Shown here: positions 1 through 11,338 of the stretch, piece after piece | Layout: the number at the start of each line of letters is the position of its first letter | Numbering within the stretch: position 1 is the first letter of the stretch | From: Patellaria atrata CBS 101060 | Lineage: Eukaryota | DNA: 64,000 nucleotides | Assembly: GCA_010093705.1 (NCBI GenBank) | Contig: MU006090.1 | Location: forward strand, 558,001-622,000 | Direction: 5' to 3' | Program-made: the position numbers and the translations under genes | Notes under the pieces: generated by a model | The model's input: the letters and a program-made list of their open reading frames with translations, nothing else | The model's database searches: none | Told to the model about the DNA's origin: nothing

Positions 1-204
1 TTCAGTCGCCCCTCAATCATGGTTTCCAAATCGAGACCGCTGCTGGGCTCTCACATATTAGCCAGCATACCACCCGGATCAACTTCCATAGTGTCCTTGC
101 TGCAACGTTCCGTACAACCCTGAGTTTCGTTGTTCCAAACGTCGCAGCAGCCGTCGCAGACACAAATTCAGGTCCATCTGCTCTCTAGTTGTTGCCTGAC
201 AAAC

Positions 205-1857
205 ATGTGTAGGAGTATCTCCTCCTCGACCATTCTCACCATCTTCGGCGCACTCGTTGCCTCAGTAGCCGCTATCCCCCCCGATTACTGGGACGTCGAT
301 CTCAGTCTCCCCTACGCACCAGCACCGGCACCAGAAGACGGCGTTCCCGGAGCCCGCAACGCATTGAGAAACAAAGCTCTCCTTCCTGCTGAGATTTGCG
401 GCATCGTAGGCGCTTACTTCGTCACTGTCATCTTCGCCGGAACCTGCTTGCTCACATACGGGAGAAGGCGGAGGAGAGCTGCTCAGGCATCTCAAGGGAC
501 GCTGGAGGTCGAGATGGTGAAACCAGCGAACAAGCAGTTGGCCATTGACCCGTCGCCAATCTCTCCAGGCGCCCGGTCATGGTTATCGATGTCGAGTCCG
601 AGTAGACTCAAGCACGCATTTAAGAAGAGCACCGCGAGCGTCAATACTGTACAAGATATCAGCAATCCCGTCAGCCCTGCAATTGCCAGTGTTGCTTCTT
701 TCGATAATACTGTACTACAATCCGACAGAGAATCCAGACAGAAAGAGATGGAACGACTTTACGCAGCGGTCATGGAGCATGACCGTAAGAATTCCAAAGT
801 CGTTTTCGAAGCCGATGAAGTAAACCAGATCTACCCAGCGAGCGCCAGGTCACCTGTTGCGTCAATCAGCAGCCCACAGAAGAGGCACGCCCTTACTATC
901 AACACCGACACCGCCTCTCAAAGACACCCTAGCCACCCCGCAAGCCCTCTAAGTGCGCGCAGCGATATCCGCGCAATCTACCCCCCAGACAGCCCCATGG
1001 CAGCCCGCCATCACCCTCCCGCATACGCAAAGAGCCCACTCTCCCCACGTTTCCCAGATTCCCAACGCCAACATCAATCCCGGGAGTACGCCCCCGAGCG
1101 TGCTCCCGCTTCTCCGCGCAGCATGTTCACCCACAAATCCCGCACTTCATCCATCGCCTCCGGCGCTTCTGGCAAATCGAAACGCAGTGCCCTTCGCAAT
1201 TTACGAATCTCTGCACCTATGCAACGCTATCCAGGTCAAGACGAAGACGATGATGCACGCACACCGCTCTCCCCACGATTTGACCCAGGCCCACCTCCTC
1301 CGCCACCGAATGAGGAGCCAACTTCTCCCCATAGTCCAGATACGCCTGGCTTAGATCGACCGGATGGTCACAGACAGAACTATGAGTACGACTACGAGGG
1401 TCTAGACAGACCCGCACCGTTACCCAGACCAGCACCCCAGCGCGGAGCCTCGTATGAGAGACTTAGGGCCGGGAGCTCCCAAACACCCATCTCCGCAGCC
1501 TCCACCCTCGTCAATCCAACCCACACCCTCCCCTCCTCATCAACGACCTCTCTCCAACCCCCGAGCAGTTCCCTGCCCTTCCGTCAATATCAAACTCCCT
1601 TATCTCCAACTACCCAGACACCAACGACCAAGACGACGTATCTGGAGCGAAAGAAGGAGGATTTGAGGGGTCTTAGGACGCCGATGACGGGAGTTCCCCA
1701 GACCCCGTATAGTGCATATATGCCGTTTACACCGGTTACACCAGTTACACCGCATTTGGTCAGTAGGGAGGAGAGGAAACTAAAGAAGAAGGAGGCCGGG
1801 AGAAGGGTTATGGTGCAGGAGGATTTAGTCGAGGACGCGAAGGAGATGTGGGAATAG
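205..1857 (+). CDS. Hypothetical protein with signal peptide, one TM helix and a long Ser/Pro-rich tail
   Basis: Intronless ORF with first ATG at 205. Hydrophobic N-terminus (ILTIFGALVASVAA), then a TM segment (EICGIVGAYFVTVIFAGTCLLTYG) followed by RRRRR and many SP/TP motifs. Confidence 0.75.
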   Translation: MCRSISSSTILTIFGALVASVAAIPPDYWDVDLSLPYAPAPAPEDGVPGARNALRNKALLPAEICGIVGAYFVTVIFAGTCLLTYGRRRRRAAQASQGTLEVEMVKPANKQLAIDPSPISPGARSWLSMSSPSRLKHAFKKSTASVNTVQDISNPVSPAIASVASFDNTVLQSDRESRQKEMERLYAAVMEHDRKNSKVVFEADEVNQIYPASARSPVASISSPQKRHALTINTDTASQRHPSHPASPLSARSDIRAIYPPDSPMAARHHPPAYAKSPLSPRFPDSQRQHQSREYAPERAPASPRSMFTHKSRTSSIASGASGKSKRSALRNLRISAPMQRYPGQDEDDDARTPLSPRFDPGPPPPPPNEEPTSPHSPDTPGLDRPDGHRQNYEYDYEGLDRPAPLPRPAPQRGASYERLRAGSSQTPISAASTLVNPTHTLPSSSTTSLQPPSSSLPFRQYQTPLSPTTQTPTTKTTYLERKKEDLRGLRTPMTGVPQTPYSAYMPFTPVTPVTPHLVSREERKLKKKEAGRRVMVQEDLVEDAKEMWE

Positions 1858-2482
1858 GGGTCTAGTGGTGGGTAAGTTGAGGGTGATTTGGGTGGGACTG
1901 TATATGTGATTCTAGTATATGATACTTTCCCCTTATTCTTATAAGGGATAGGACAGAGTTCTGCTGTTTGAAGCTAGAGAACTATGTTTATAGCAGGGGA
2001 TGCAGGTTTGGGGTGGTGATATAACCCCATATTCACTTTCCGCTATCAAAACCATATCATTAATAATAGAAGCAAATCAAGAAGTTAAATTTACCCAGTG
2101 TTCGAAGTTTTTAAATATCCAATCACGCAATGTGGAAACCTGTTGAGAGCACTGGCCAACTGCGAGACGCGTCTAGTGGGTGGTAGTAAAAATTGAACGA
2201 CAACTCATCAAGCTACTTGATCAATAACATTATCATTATAAGGTTATAGTTGAAAGATACGTATTTAAGCATCGGGAGGTAAGATCTTCGAGATTGAAAG
2301 ATTAAGAGGTAGCTCAAAAGGAGTGCAATGCGTCATAGAGCTTTAAGGGTGCCTTCTCAATATCTTGAATCTACCTCTATTAGCTTATATACTCGTCTAC
2401 TGTCTACATTTTCATATTAAAGCTTTAATTACAATTCCTTTTTTTTCTTCACCCAAACAAGATTCTAGATTTCACTCTCATC

Positions 2483-3497
2483 ATGTCCTCTGGCTATTTC
2501 GAGAAGAGGACTGAACTTGAGTTGACAAACCTCTTCAGCGGTCTCATATCCGCCAACCACATTCTCCATAAACACGGTGTGCTCGATGGTTATGGACACA
2601 TCTCCGTGCGCAATCCAGACAATCATGATACATTCTTTATGAGTCGTAGCATGGCCCCGGCTCTAGTTTCAACGACTCAAGATATCATTGAATACAATGT
2701 TCGAGACGGTGAACCAGAGGGACCGACAAACGAACACCATTTCATGGAACGTTTCATACATTCAGAGCTGTACAAGAAGTTTCCAAATGTTTATTGTGTA
2801 TTGCATTGTCACATGAGCGATGTACTTCCCTACAGCATAAGTCGAGTACCGCTTCGTCCATCTATTACTACGGCAGGGTATTGATCTTATTATCTGCACA
2901 TAACCATATCCTTCACTACTATTAAGATATCTAACAGTGTTCAGATTCCTCAGCAGCGAAGTACCAGTCTGGGACATCAACTCTGCCAGTCCAGACAAAC
3001 ACGACTTACTCGTCAGTTCTACAAAACTCGGCCATGCGTTCTGTGCAGCTTTCGCGAAAACAAATACCTCTGTAAATTTCATTTACAATAAACTCAGCTC
3101 GTCCATTTCCGGTTCACATGCCGAGCCACCTACAGAGCCGGAGCATTCAGTTGTCCTCATGCGTGGCCACGGTGTTACCATCACTGGCAAAGGTATAGAA
3201 GAAGTCGTGTTCAAAGCTATATATACACAAGCCGCCGCAAGAGCTCAGACCTCTGCTGTGACGCTCAGCAGAGCACACTTTAATGATCTTGCTGAAGGCA
3301 AAGTGGAGTCAGAGGGCGGGGGGAAGATCAAAGGCGGAAAAGTGAAGAAGAGCGAGGACATTCATTACCTCAGCACCAAAGAGATTGTGGATACACGGGA
3401 GATGATTCGGCAGACGATGGCGAGGTCGTGGCCGATGTGGTTGAGGGAGGTTGATGTTGATCCATTATACGTTAACGAGTTAAAGAAGGGTCCTTGA
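2483..3497 (+). CDS. Class II aldolase/adducin-family protein
   Basis: Motifs ANHILH..GVLDGYGHISVRNP, ERFIHSELYK, LHCH and VVLMRGHG. Intron 2878-2944 (GTATTG..CTAAC..CAG) joins the two ORFs as TTAG-FLSSEVPVWDI. Confidence 0.9.
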
Positions 3498-3723
3498 CCG
3501 GACAAGGTTTAGACTCTCAATTACATACTTAGTGAGTATTCAGTTTTCTGCCTACCTTTCTTTGTACTTTGTATCTTAGAAATGGAGTTGAGAAGTACGG
3601 CTCTATGTCCAATAATTCCTAAACTAAGGAAGAACACATGAGAAAAACTAAGGTACCTATCGATGGCGTGGGCTTTCAACTATACCCCCAGAATGGAAGA
3701 CTTTTAAAGTTAATGTTCATATA

Positions 3724-4244
3724 TGGGGGACTGTTATTTTGACAACCCCTTTTTATACGTTGACACCCCCTCCTTACTACATGAACACCACCCACTAAAA
3801 GGGAAGGAGACTAACCTAAAGGGGCAGTTAAGTAAAGTATACCTCATATACCTACCTTCTAATAGGGGGTCACCTTCCGTTTTATTACAATTTTCAACAC
3901 TTCACCTCAAATCTATAACGGTAGCTCAGATCCGTGCTCAGATTCGTTCTCAGATTCGTGCTCAGATTCGTGCTCAGATATGTCTTCAGATTCCGCTCAA
4001 ACACGTACTCAGATCCGGCATCAGACTCAGCTCAAATTCGTGCTCTGATACGGCGCTAGATACGGCTCAAATTTATGCTCGGTCAGATACGACCTTAAAT
4101 TTAGGTAGCCTCTTATAAGAAGTATACCTAACTTTGCACGCCCTTCATAATAAAAGGTTTGACTGCTCTTTAGGTAAGTCTCCTTCCCTTTTTTAGGGGG
4201 GTATCAGAGTAGTAAAGAGGGGGTGTCAAAATAAGAGTCCCCCA
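3724..4244. mobile_element. Non-autonomous TIR element (MITE-like) flanked by TA
   Basis: Left end TGGGGGACTGTTATTTTGACA is the reverse complement of right end TGTCAAAATAAGAGTCCCCCA with 1 mismatch. Imperfect inverted similarity extends about 90-100 bp. TA at 3722-3723 and 4245-4246. No transposase ORF. Confidence 0.75.
3924..4090. repeat. 12-bp tandem repeat (GCTCAGATTCGT-like) inside the TIR element
   Basis: gctcagatccgt gctcagattcgt tctcagattcgt gctcagattcgt gctcagatatgt, decaying rightwards. Confidence 0.85.
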
Positions 4245-4717
4245 TATATAGTGCCTTGTCCAGACGGCTTTTTCTGTGGTGCAGTCATGTATGTATGACT
4301 TTACGCTATGACTACAAACACCTTTACGGCATAAAGAGCTAGTTACAATGTTACTCGCCCCTATTGCGTTCTTTGTGTTAAAACATGTTGATATGGACTA
4401 TATACTCGTCACAACGTTTATAGTCATTTATTGTACACAAAGTCTATGTTCGTCCATCTCCACACAATGCTCATATGTCCCTATATTCACACAACTCCTT
4501 TAATATTTCGCACAACTATCTAAATTGGACACATCGCATCACTCTCACGATCAGTATAAATACCGTCTGATTAATTTACAAGATGTCACAGGCAAAGCAA
4601 ATGGTATACGAAGTATACCACAACACTACATCCATTACCCACATTCACATCCACATCCCCATCTATAAAATCCCCTTCCATTTTTCTCCCACACAACCAA
4701 CACCAAACTCCACAACA

Positions 4718-5695
4718 ATGCTCACCCAAGAACAAATATCCACAGCATTAGCCCCATTTTACACAATCCTCGAGCTCCCCGATGTCCCACTGACATCCCT
4801 CTCAGAAGCCACCATCCGCACCGCCTTCAAGAAGGCCTCTCTCCTCTACCACCCCGACAAGAACACCGCCCCTGACGCAACAGCAATGTTCAGAAAGGTA
4901 GTCAAAGCACGGGAGATCTTGACCTCCGAGTCAAAACGAGAACAGTACCTCCGCGACTGGGAACAAACCGTGCGTCGAGAGCGTCGAACAGTAACCTCAT
5001 CCCCAACCACGGCATCGACAGCACCCTTCCGCACCCCCAGCAACCCGTTCAGCTCCCGTACCTACACCTATTACATGCCCAGGACCAGCAACCCATCACC
5101 ACCCCGTACCTCCGCTTTCGCAGGCTATCCAGATGGCACGACGTACAACTGGGGCGCCTACCGCGAAGAGGCCGCTGAGCGCGAATTCAACAGAGAGGCT
5201 AGGGAGTCCCCGCATTATCCGTCTGATTTTCCGTATTTGCCTGGGAGGAGGTCCGGGGCCGACGGCCCGCTTTATCGGACGCAGACGAGGACTCCGAGTT
5301 GGGTGCCGCCGGAGAGTTATACGAGGAGGAGGGAGAGGACGCCGCTGGGTGAGGGGTTGGCGGGGAGGGGAACAGGAGAGGACATGGGGTGGAGTTCGCC
5401 TAGGTATACGCTTAGGGAGGTTAGGATGTCGATAAGGGAGATGGAGATGAGCGAGATGGAGAGGGTTAGGAGGCTTAGGACTGAGACTGGAACGAGGGCT
5501 GGAATGAGGGGGAGCTTTAGGACCGAGACTAGGGCACCTAGAACTGCGCGACGGGAGTCGGAGAGGGGATTTAGGACTGAGACTCGGGAGCCGAGGACTG
5601 AGACGAGAGAACCCTGGGGAGAGGAATGGGTATTTAGGACTGAGACCCGCGAGCCGAGAGAGAGTGATGATGATGAGAGTGTGAAGTTCATATAG
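4718..5695 (+). CDS. J-domain (DnaJ class C) protein with a repetitive Arg/Glu/Thr-rich tail
   Basis: FYTILEL...IRTAFKKASLLYHPDKN...FRKVVKAREILT..KREQY is a J domain with the HPD motif. Likely ATG at 4718. RTETREP-like repeats at the C-terminus. Confidence 0.75.
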   Translation: MLTQEQISTALAPFYTILELPDVPLTSLSEATIRTAFKKASLLYHPDKNTAPDATAMFRKVVKAREILTSESKREQYLRDWEQTVRRERRTVTSSPTTASTAPFRTPSNPFSSRTYTYYMPRTSNPSPPRTSAFAGYPDGTTYNWGAYREEAAEREFNREARESPHYPSDFPYLPGRRSGADGPLYRTQTRTPSWVPPESYTRRRERTPLGEGLAGRGTGEDMGWSSPRYTLREVRMSIREMEMSEMERVRRLRTETGTRAGMRGSFRTETRAPRTARRESERGFRTETREPRTETREPWGEEWVFRTETREPRESDDDESVKFI

Positions 5696-6555
5696 CTTCT
5701 AGGGTTGTGGTCTTGAAGGGGTGTGGGTGTGGAGAGATATGTCTTGAGTAGGTCTTGAGATTGGTCTTGAGGTAGTCGAGAAGTAAATCTATAGGTAAAT
5801 GGTGGCATTCTCCTGCAATACACAGTTCCAATATAAGTATATGCGATAAATATCATTTCTCCAAATTCCTTGACATTATCAGTTCTACGCCAGAAGTTTT
5901 GCTAGTGAACTAATTAAAAATGTATGAAAGATGCTTTGCTCGTTCTCTTTTTGTTCGTCTTCCTTCCTTCCATTTCCCTTCCATGCACTTTCCGTATATT
6001 TCCCCTACCCCTTTCCACTTCAACACGCCTTATCGTACAAACTCCTACCGAGTACCAAGAGAACTACCCTCTCTCCAGTGTTGATACTCGATCGTCCATA
6101 CACTCTCTACATACATACAGCCAATTCTTCCATCTTAGACAGCTTCCGTATCTTAATCGCATGGTTCGGTGAAAGATAAGGGTTCACGCCTGTATTACTA
6201 ACTGGTGGGTCCGCATATTGCACTATTCTATAATGCAGATGGGGACGGTGGCGAAGAAGGGGTTCAGGAGAAGGTGTACTATAGTTCTAAGCAACAATGG
6301 AGTTGGAAGTTGCAAGTGTGTTTGATTGGTTAGTTTGATTTGCATTCAAGTGTATTTTTTTTTATGGGCTGTTGGAGTGTTGGTTACATGATGTAGGAAC
6401 CGTATACATGTATCAGTCCCGTTCCGAGTGTTCCTTTGTTACTTGTTCGCAGTCTGGGAGAAGTGTATGCTGGTGGCGATGATGTTGTCTTATCATCCTG
6501 GGATTTATGGCAGAGTCCGAACAGTTTAGATAGCGTATTTTACGATTTGTCGAAC

Positions 6556-6594
6556 GAGCGAGTGAGAGTGAGAGTGAGAGTGAGAGAGTGAGTG
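6556..6594. repeat. (GAGTGA)n microsatellite
   Basis: gagcgagtgagagtgagagtgagagtgagagagtgagtg. Confidence 0.8.
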
Positions 6595-7439
6595 TTTCAT
6601 TTTTGCACTTGGATGCTAGATGCTGTTCTTTTCCCGCCGTGGAATTACTCGGCGATCTCGTGGTTTGTTGATTCGGTTTACGGGGGCGTAGGAGAGAGAG
6701 GTGCAATTGATTGCTTGCGCAGGAAGTGGGAAGACTAGGACTGTCGTATGCCGCAACTCCACCGCTGAGGAAGATACGGGCGTGTATTAGAACTGAAACG
6801 GAGGAAGTGGAATCTTCCACTCCTGAGAGCATCAAGCGTCAACCTATTTCTTCTTACCTGTATTGTTTCCTGCACAGTACAGTACTCGCTATTGTTCTAG
6901 CTAGTCAATTGATAGGGTATTGAGTATTTGCTCATATTAGTAATCCGTGGACTTTCGAGGGAACCGTTTACTTACGTATGGACTGGAAGATTTGAGACTG
7001 ATTCTAAGTGTTTTTCTAATGACGAATGATCTGGACTGTAGTGGACCAGACAACCCGTATTCGACGACAAATGTAGAACTACTGACCTAGGATGAAATCA
7101 CAAGTAGCGACACGATCACTCAAACTCCGAATTCAGCTGCTTGTGTCATGAATTCATTTCATAGGGTGGTATAGCTGATGCGGTACTGGACAGTACAACG
7201 GAGGGAATACATTCAAAGTAAACGTACAGAAGCGATGTGATGCCACACGAACACGAAAGAGAACATCCCATTGCGCCTTTGCACCATCAGTCCATCTCCC
7301 GACTGCAACGTCCTCCCATACTCTTCCCGCTATCCCCGTACGCCGGAATCCTCCTTTCCTGTTCCATGGACTCCTCAGAGTCAGACACCCGGATCTTGTA
7401 CTCCCTGCGACCGAAATTAGTGTCGAATCCCGCTCAAAG

Positions 7440-8647
7440 TCCCATGGCCTCCTGGTCTAAGGAACGGATTCCTTGTCCAGCCACGATCAGAAACCCAGCT
7501 TGAATTGAAAAGAATGGCTGTACTAGGAAATCCAGGGTACTCATCAACCATGCGGCACTGTACCGATCGGATAGCAGCAGAAGAGTTGGAAACAGCAAAG
7601 GATACAAATATGGATACAGGAAGAATAGAAGAATACATGGATACAGGGAAGAATGTAAGGAGGATTACAAAGACGGTGAAAAGGTTCGCGGACTCTACCG
7701 CGATCATACTATTCCATACGGAATTGGTATGTCTCTGCGCCGAGCGATTTCTCGACGCTGTATGACCCGCTTCTTGTTCCACGAGTCGGATATCCATCGT
7801 CGTTGAAAGGAACTTCTCCACGGTCGAAAGCTTTATTAAAGAATTAATAAATGTCGGTCCCCGGATCCAGCTACTCTTCCTGTTGCCAACTGACTTCTTT
7901 TCTAGAATATGCGTCCCTAGTCCATCTTGGCTCAAAATGAATGGCTGTGGTTAAGGGAATGTTGAATGTTTCGTCAATGAAGGTGATCTTTTTGGCTGGT
8001 TTAGGTCCAGTAAGAAAGTGTCGTGGATTTCTCCACGTTTAATGGCTCGATTGAAGAATTAATATATGCCAATCGCCGGGTCGGTCCACTCCTCTGGTCG
8101 CTATGTGACATCTTTTCTCGAGTCGGCATCTCTAATCCAACGTGGTTGAAAATAGACGGCAGTCGTTCATGTGATCCCGTGTATCCTGTTAGTGAAAGTA
8201 ACCCTTTTTTCTAGTTTAGTCCGGTTCGTAAAATACTTTTGGTAGGGAGTAACCTCTGGTTAGGGACGAATTTCCCTGATGGAAAACGTATCGGCGGTGG
8301 GATTACTGGCGGAAATCCAAGACGCTCGTCCAACTATTTGACACTCTGTACCGGACTGAGGTCAGGGCGGAAAGCGCTGTTGAGACCTGAGGGTAACGTT
8401 GGTAGGGGTTCACAGTATTTGCAGTGGGAAATGCAAGGCCGAAGGAAGAACCGTGAAGGAGTATGACACAAGAAGAAGCTCAAGATGGTATCACCGGGGT
8501 GGAATGGACCCACAGCGTCTCGCTCGTGGGTTATTGATCAGTGTCTAAAATCCTCATCCATGACGACCTAGGAACTGACCATGCTCGTTGGTGGCGGGAC
8601 TGGACTGAACTGACATGGATGGTACTTAGAATTTTCGAGGAAGCCAT
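7440..8647 (-). pseudogene. Pseudogene paralogous to the 18544-19170 orphan ORF, with an internally duplicated C-terminal domain
   Basis: Starts ATG 8647 MASSKILSTIHVSSVQ (vs MASSKIPKAIHGISVR). Copy 1: PPIRFPSGKFVPNQRLLPTKSILRTG..TAVYFQPRWIRDADSRKDVT*RPEEWTDPAIGIY*FFNRAIKRGEIH. Copy 2: TGPKPAKKITFIDETFNIPLTTAIHFEPRWTRDAYSRKEVSWQQEE*LDPGTDIY*FFNKAFDRGEV. Multiple stops and frameshifts. Confidence 0.85.
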
Positions 8648-10336
8648 TTGGAAGGCCAATCAGTAGAGTATTCTAAGCGGTACACTTATTCAGTAAATAG
8701 ATAGAGGGATTAATCTAGGGTAGTAAAGGTGATCTGTAAGACCTGTCAGCAATATGTACTGAAGATACCAGGTGGCCAACGGAACAAATGGGAAAGAGAG
8801 CGCAACCGTCAGTGACAGGAGAAGAAAGTGATGCGAAGATAGCATCAAGAAAGTTCAACTACTAACCGATATGTAAGAATGTCGTTACTGATCTCGTACT
8901 TTTAGAAGAGTAATGGAAACGATTTCTATAAAATCGACGAGTTTCTCGGCAGCTTCGGTTGATAGCAGTTCGTGGATGGGGAAGAAAGACATATATAGTA
9001 CAGACTCGGACCAAACTGAGTTGAATGGTCTATAGCCCTAGGGAATGCGAAAGAAATTTGGAGACTTCAGTTGTATGGATCTACCGCGAGTGGAAAAAAT
9101 AATAAATTTGAAAGTTGAAGATGAAGTTGAAGATGTGAGGTACAGATGTTGGGAGGAAGGGTATAAATGAAAAGTTTTGGTGTCAACAATACTATACACG
9201 CACTAATTTATGGCTTCCGATAGTACTAAGGATAATAATTGCATTACTTGACTAGCTAGGGAAGATCATTCTTTGATTATTGGCCTAACTCACTACATAT
9301 GCCTTACCTACCTCGATAGCACTCTTCGCCTGCTATTCTTGTACGTTTGCTATCTGTATACCAAGGGTGTGTCCGGTTCTCTTGCGCGTGCAATGAGTGG
9401 TTCTTGCATAAAACTTGTAAGCGACTCCTTTTGTTAATATCTGCTTTCGAACGTAGGAGGTGGAACCGTAGAGAGAGTGATAGAGAGTGAGAGGGGGAAT
9501 CGACGTTCTGATAGGGGAATCATGACATCCGGAGGAGTTGGGAGAGAGAGAGGACTAGAGAACTGCTTCTACTTTGAGATACTCGCTACTAACGTCATAT
9601 AAGTTTAATTATCTCTAGGGAAAAGACAATGTAGGGGACTTACTTTACTCCAAAGGTTGTTGAGAATCGATGTGTATAATTCTGAGTGTGCAAACAGGTC
9701 AAAATACTTCTAACTACAGTAAAACAGAACTGTGCGGATATGCCAAGCCTAAGAACACATTGTCTTCCTCCTACGTCTTATCCACTTGCTCTAAAGATTT
9801 TGCCAGGCGAGCAGTAGGCCGTCGGTATTTCCTGGTTGAGGAAAGGCTTGTACAGAGGGAGTCTACCCTCACTTTAATATCCTCAGTGGCATATACTGAC
9901 CTTTGACAGCCATACCTATCCTTATCCCTCTCAGTTTCTATACATTATCTCGCTGTATCAAATGGGGACTTTCTTTGATACTCTTTCATAGTTGAATCCC
10001 CTCCCATGATATGACGCTGAACGAGTGGACTCGAGAAACCAGTTGCAACCTCTCTGTTGAACTCACAACCCTAGTGGATTATTCGTTATTGAGACCCCAC
10101 TCCCAACTAACGGGGAGGGCTGGCAAGCGTACGGTGGTAGAGAAGTACTAAGAAAGTTATGATCTTTTGGGGCGAAATAATGTTCTCCCTTGACAAGCTA
10201 AACACAATGCCTAATTCAAGTTACTACTCAGTATCCTTTTGAAGGTTCTCTGGCCATAGTACTAAATTAGGCACAATGCATTTACACCAAAATCACTTTC
10301 GATTATAGTACAGTACAATTCTATTCCAAACCACTA

Positions 10337-11116
10337 CTAAGGGGCATATTCTAATTTCACAGCGTCCCCAGGGGGTTGGTAGTCCCAGCCATCAACCAAT
10401 CTCATATCCGCTTTCCTAACTTCTGTCCATTCGAGCAAAGCTTCATAGTCATGACACACGCGTTTTGTATCAAAGAACGGGTACGGTCCGCTGACTTTTT
10501 CAATCCAACGGAAAGTCACCAATTGCGAATCCGCTGTACACATCAACCGATTACGTATGACATCTACACAGTTCTCAAAGTGTGCTTCTTCAATTACTGG
10601 AAAATCTTGCAGTTTCTGATCGTGGATTGGGAAAAGTTCTGGATGCGTGCGGTAGTGATGATCCTCTCACAGAGCTTCAAGGCAATGAAGTTGATGCATA
10701 CTTTCCCAGAAAGCTATGTAACCCTAATCGAAGTTCAGCTATATTCATGCGCATCATAAGATCAGGGCCTTACGCCGCCCGCTTTAGTAGGCCATTTTGC
10801 TGAATCAGTTAACATGCCCAACTGTTGCATCTCCTCCGCTGTCATGTTGCGACCTAGTACTACTAGCTGGAACGCTTACAGGTCGGGTGTGCCTCCAGGG
10901 AAAAGAAAAGCATGTAGATCATGCAACTCCTCCACTACAATTGTTAGAACCAGAGTCCAGCATGAGCCATTTCATAACATGCACGATAATTGCTTCTCCA
11001 ATCACATAGTGAGGACTACCCGTGCACCTAATGTTTGATCGAGCTCCCTGTTTGGGAGCATTGTTCACTTTTTCGATTCTCCCTTTGCACGAAGGAACGT
11101 GTGTGTACCGCGTCAT
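10337..11116 (-). pseudogene. ustYa-like: UstYa-like / DUF3328 oxidase, apparently disrupted
   Basis: After intron 10773-10724 the frame reads KAGG-GYIAFWESMHQLHCLEAL*EDHHY...EAHFENCVDVIRNRLMCTADSQLVTFRW..PYPFFDTKRVCHDYEALLEW. First HxxHC is intact (10682-10696), the second reads HFENC, and there is an in-frame TGA at 10667-10669. The 5' TM-like region does not read in one frame, so the start at 11116 is tentative. Confidence 0.88.
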
Positions 11117-11338
11117 TCCTGTAGAATGCACCACACAGTCAATAAATCCTGCATAATGGGAATGAAGAGAGTGATTACCCCGGGACTTGGGATGCCTTAT
11201 CTGTGGTATAGAGTCCCTGGGGAAGCGGGGGAGATTGCTGAGCATAATATAAACCACTTGTTGGAATCCTTCAAATCATTCAATATCAAGACACAAATAT
11301 CCAACTTCAAGAAATTGCAAACAAAAAGCTGCTCCAAA
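11117..11338. promoter_or_regulatory. Short divergent intergenic region between the ustYa-like gene and the repeat precursor
   Basis: About 220 bp between opposing start codons. TATAAA at 11248-11253, about 90 bp upstream of the precursor ATG. Confidence 0.5.

Noticed and set aside
3723..4118. 131-aa ORF with AQIR repeats
   Set aside because: It is the translation of the TIR element and its 12-bp array.
7417..7935. 172-aa minus-strand ORF with a hydrophobic stretch
   Set aside because: Its 5' half is out of frame relative to the recognisable paralogous domain. It is treated as part of the pseudogene.
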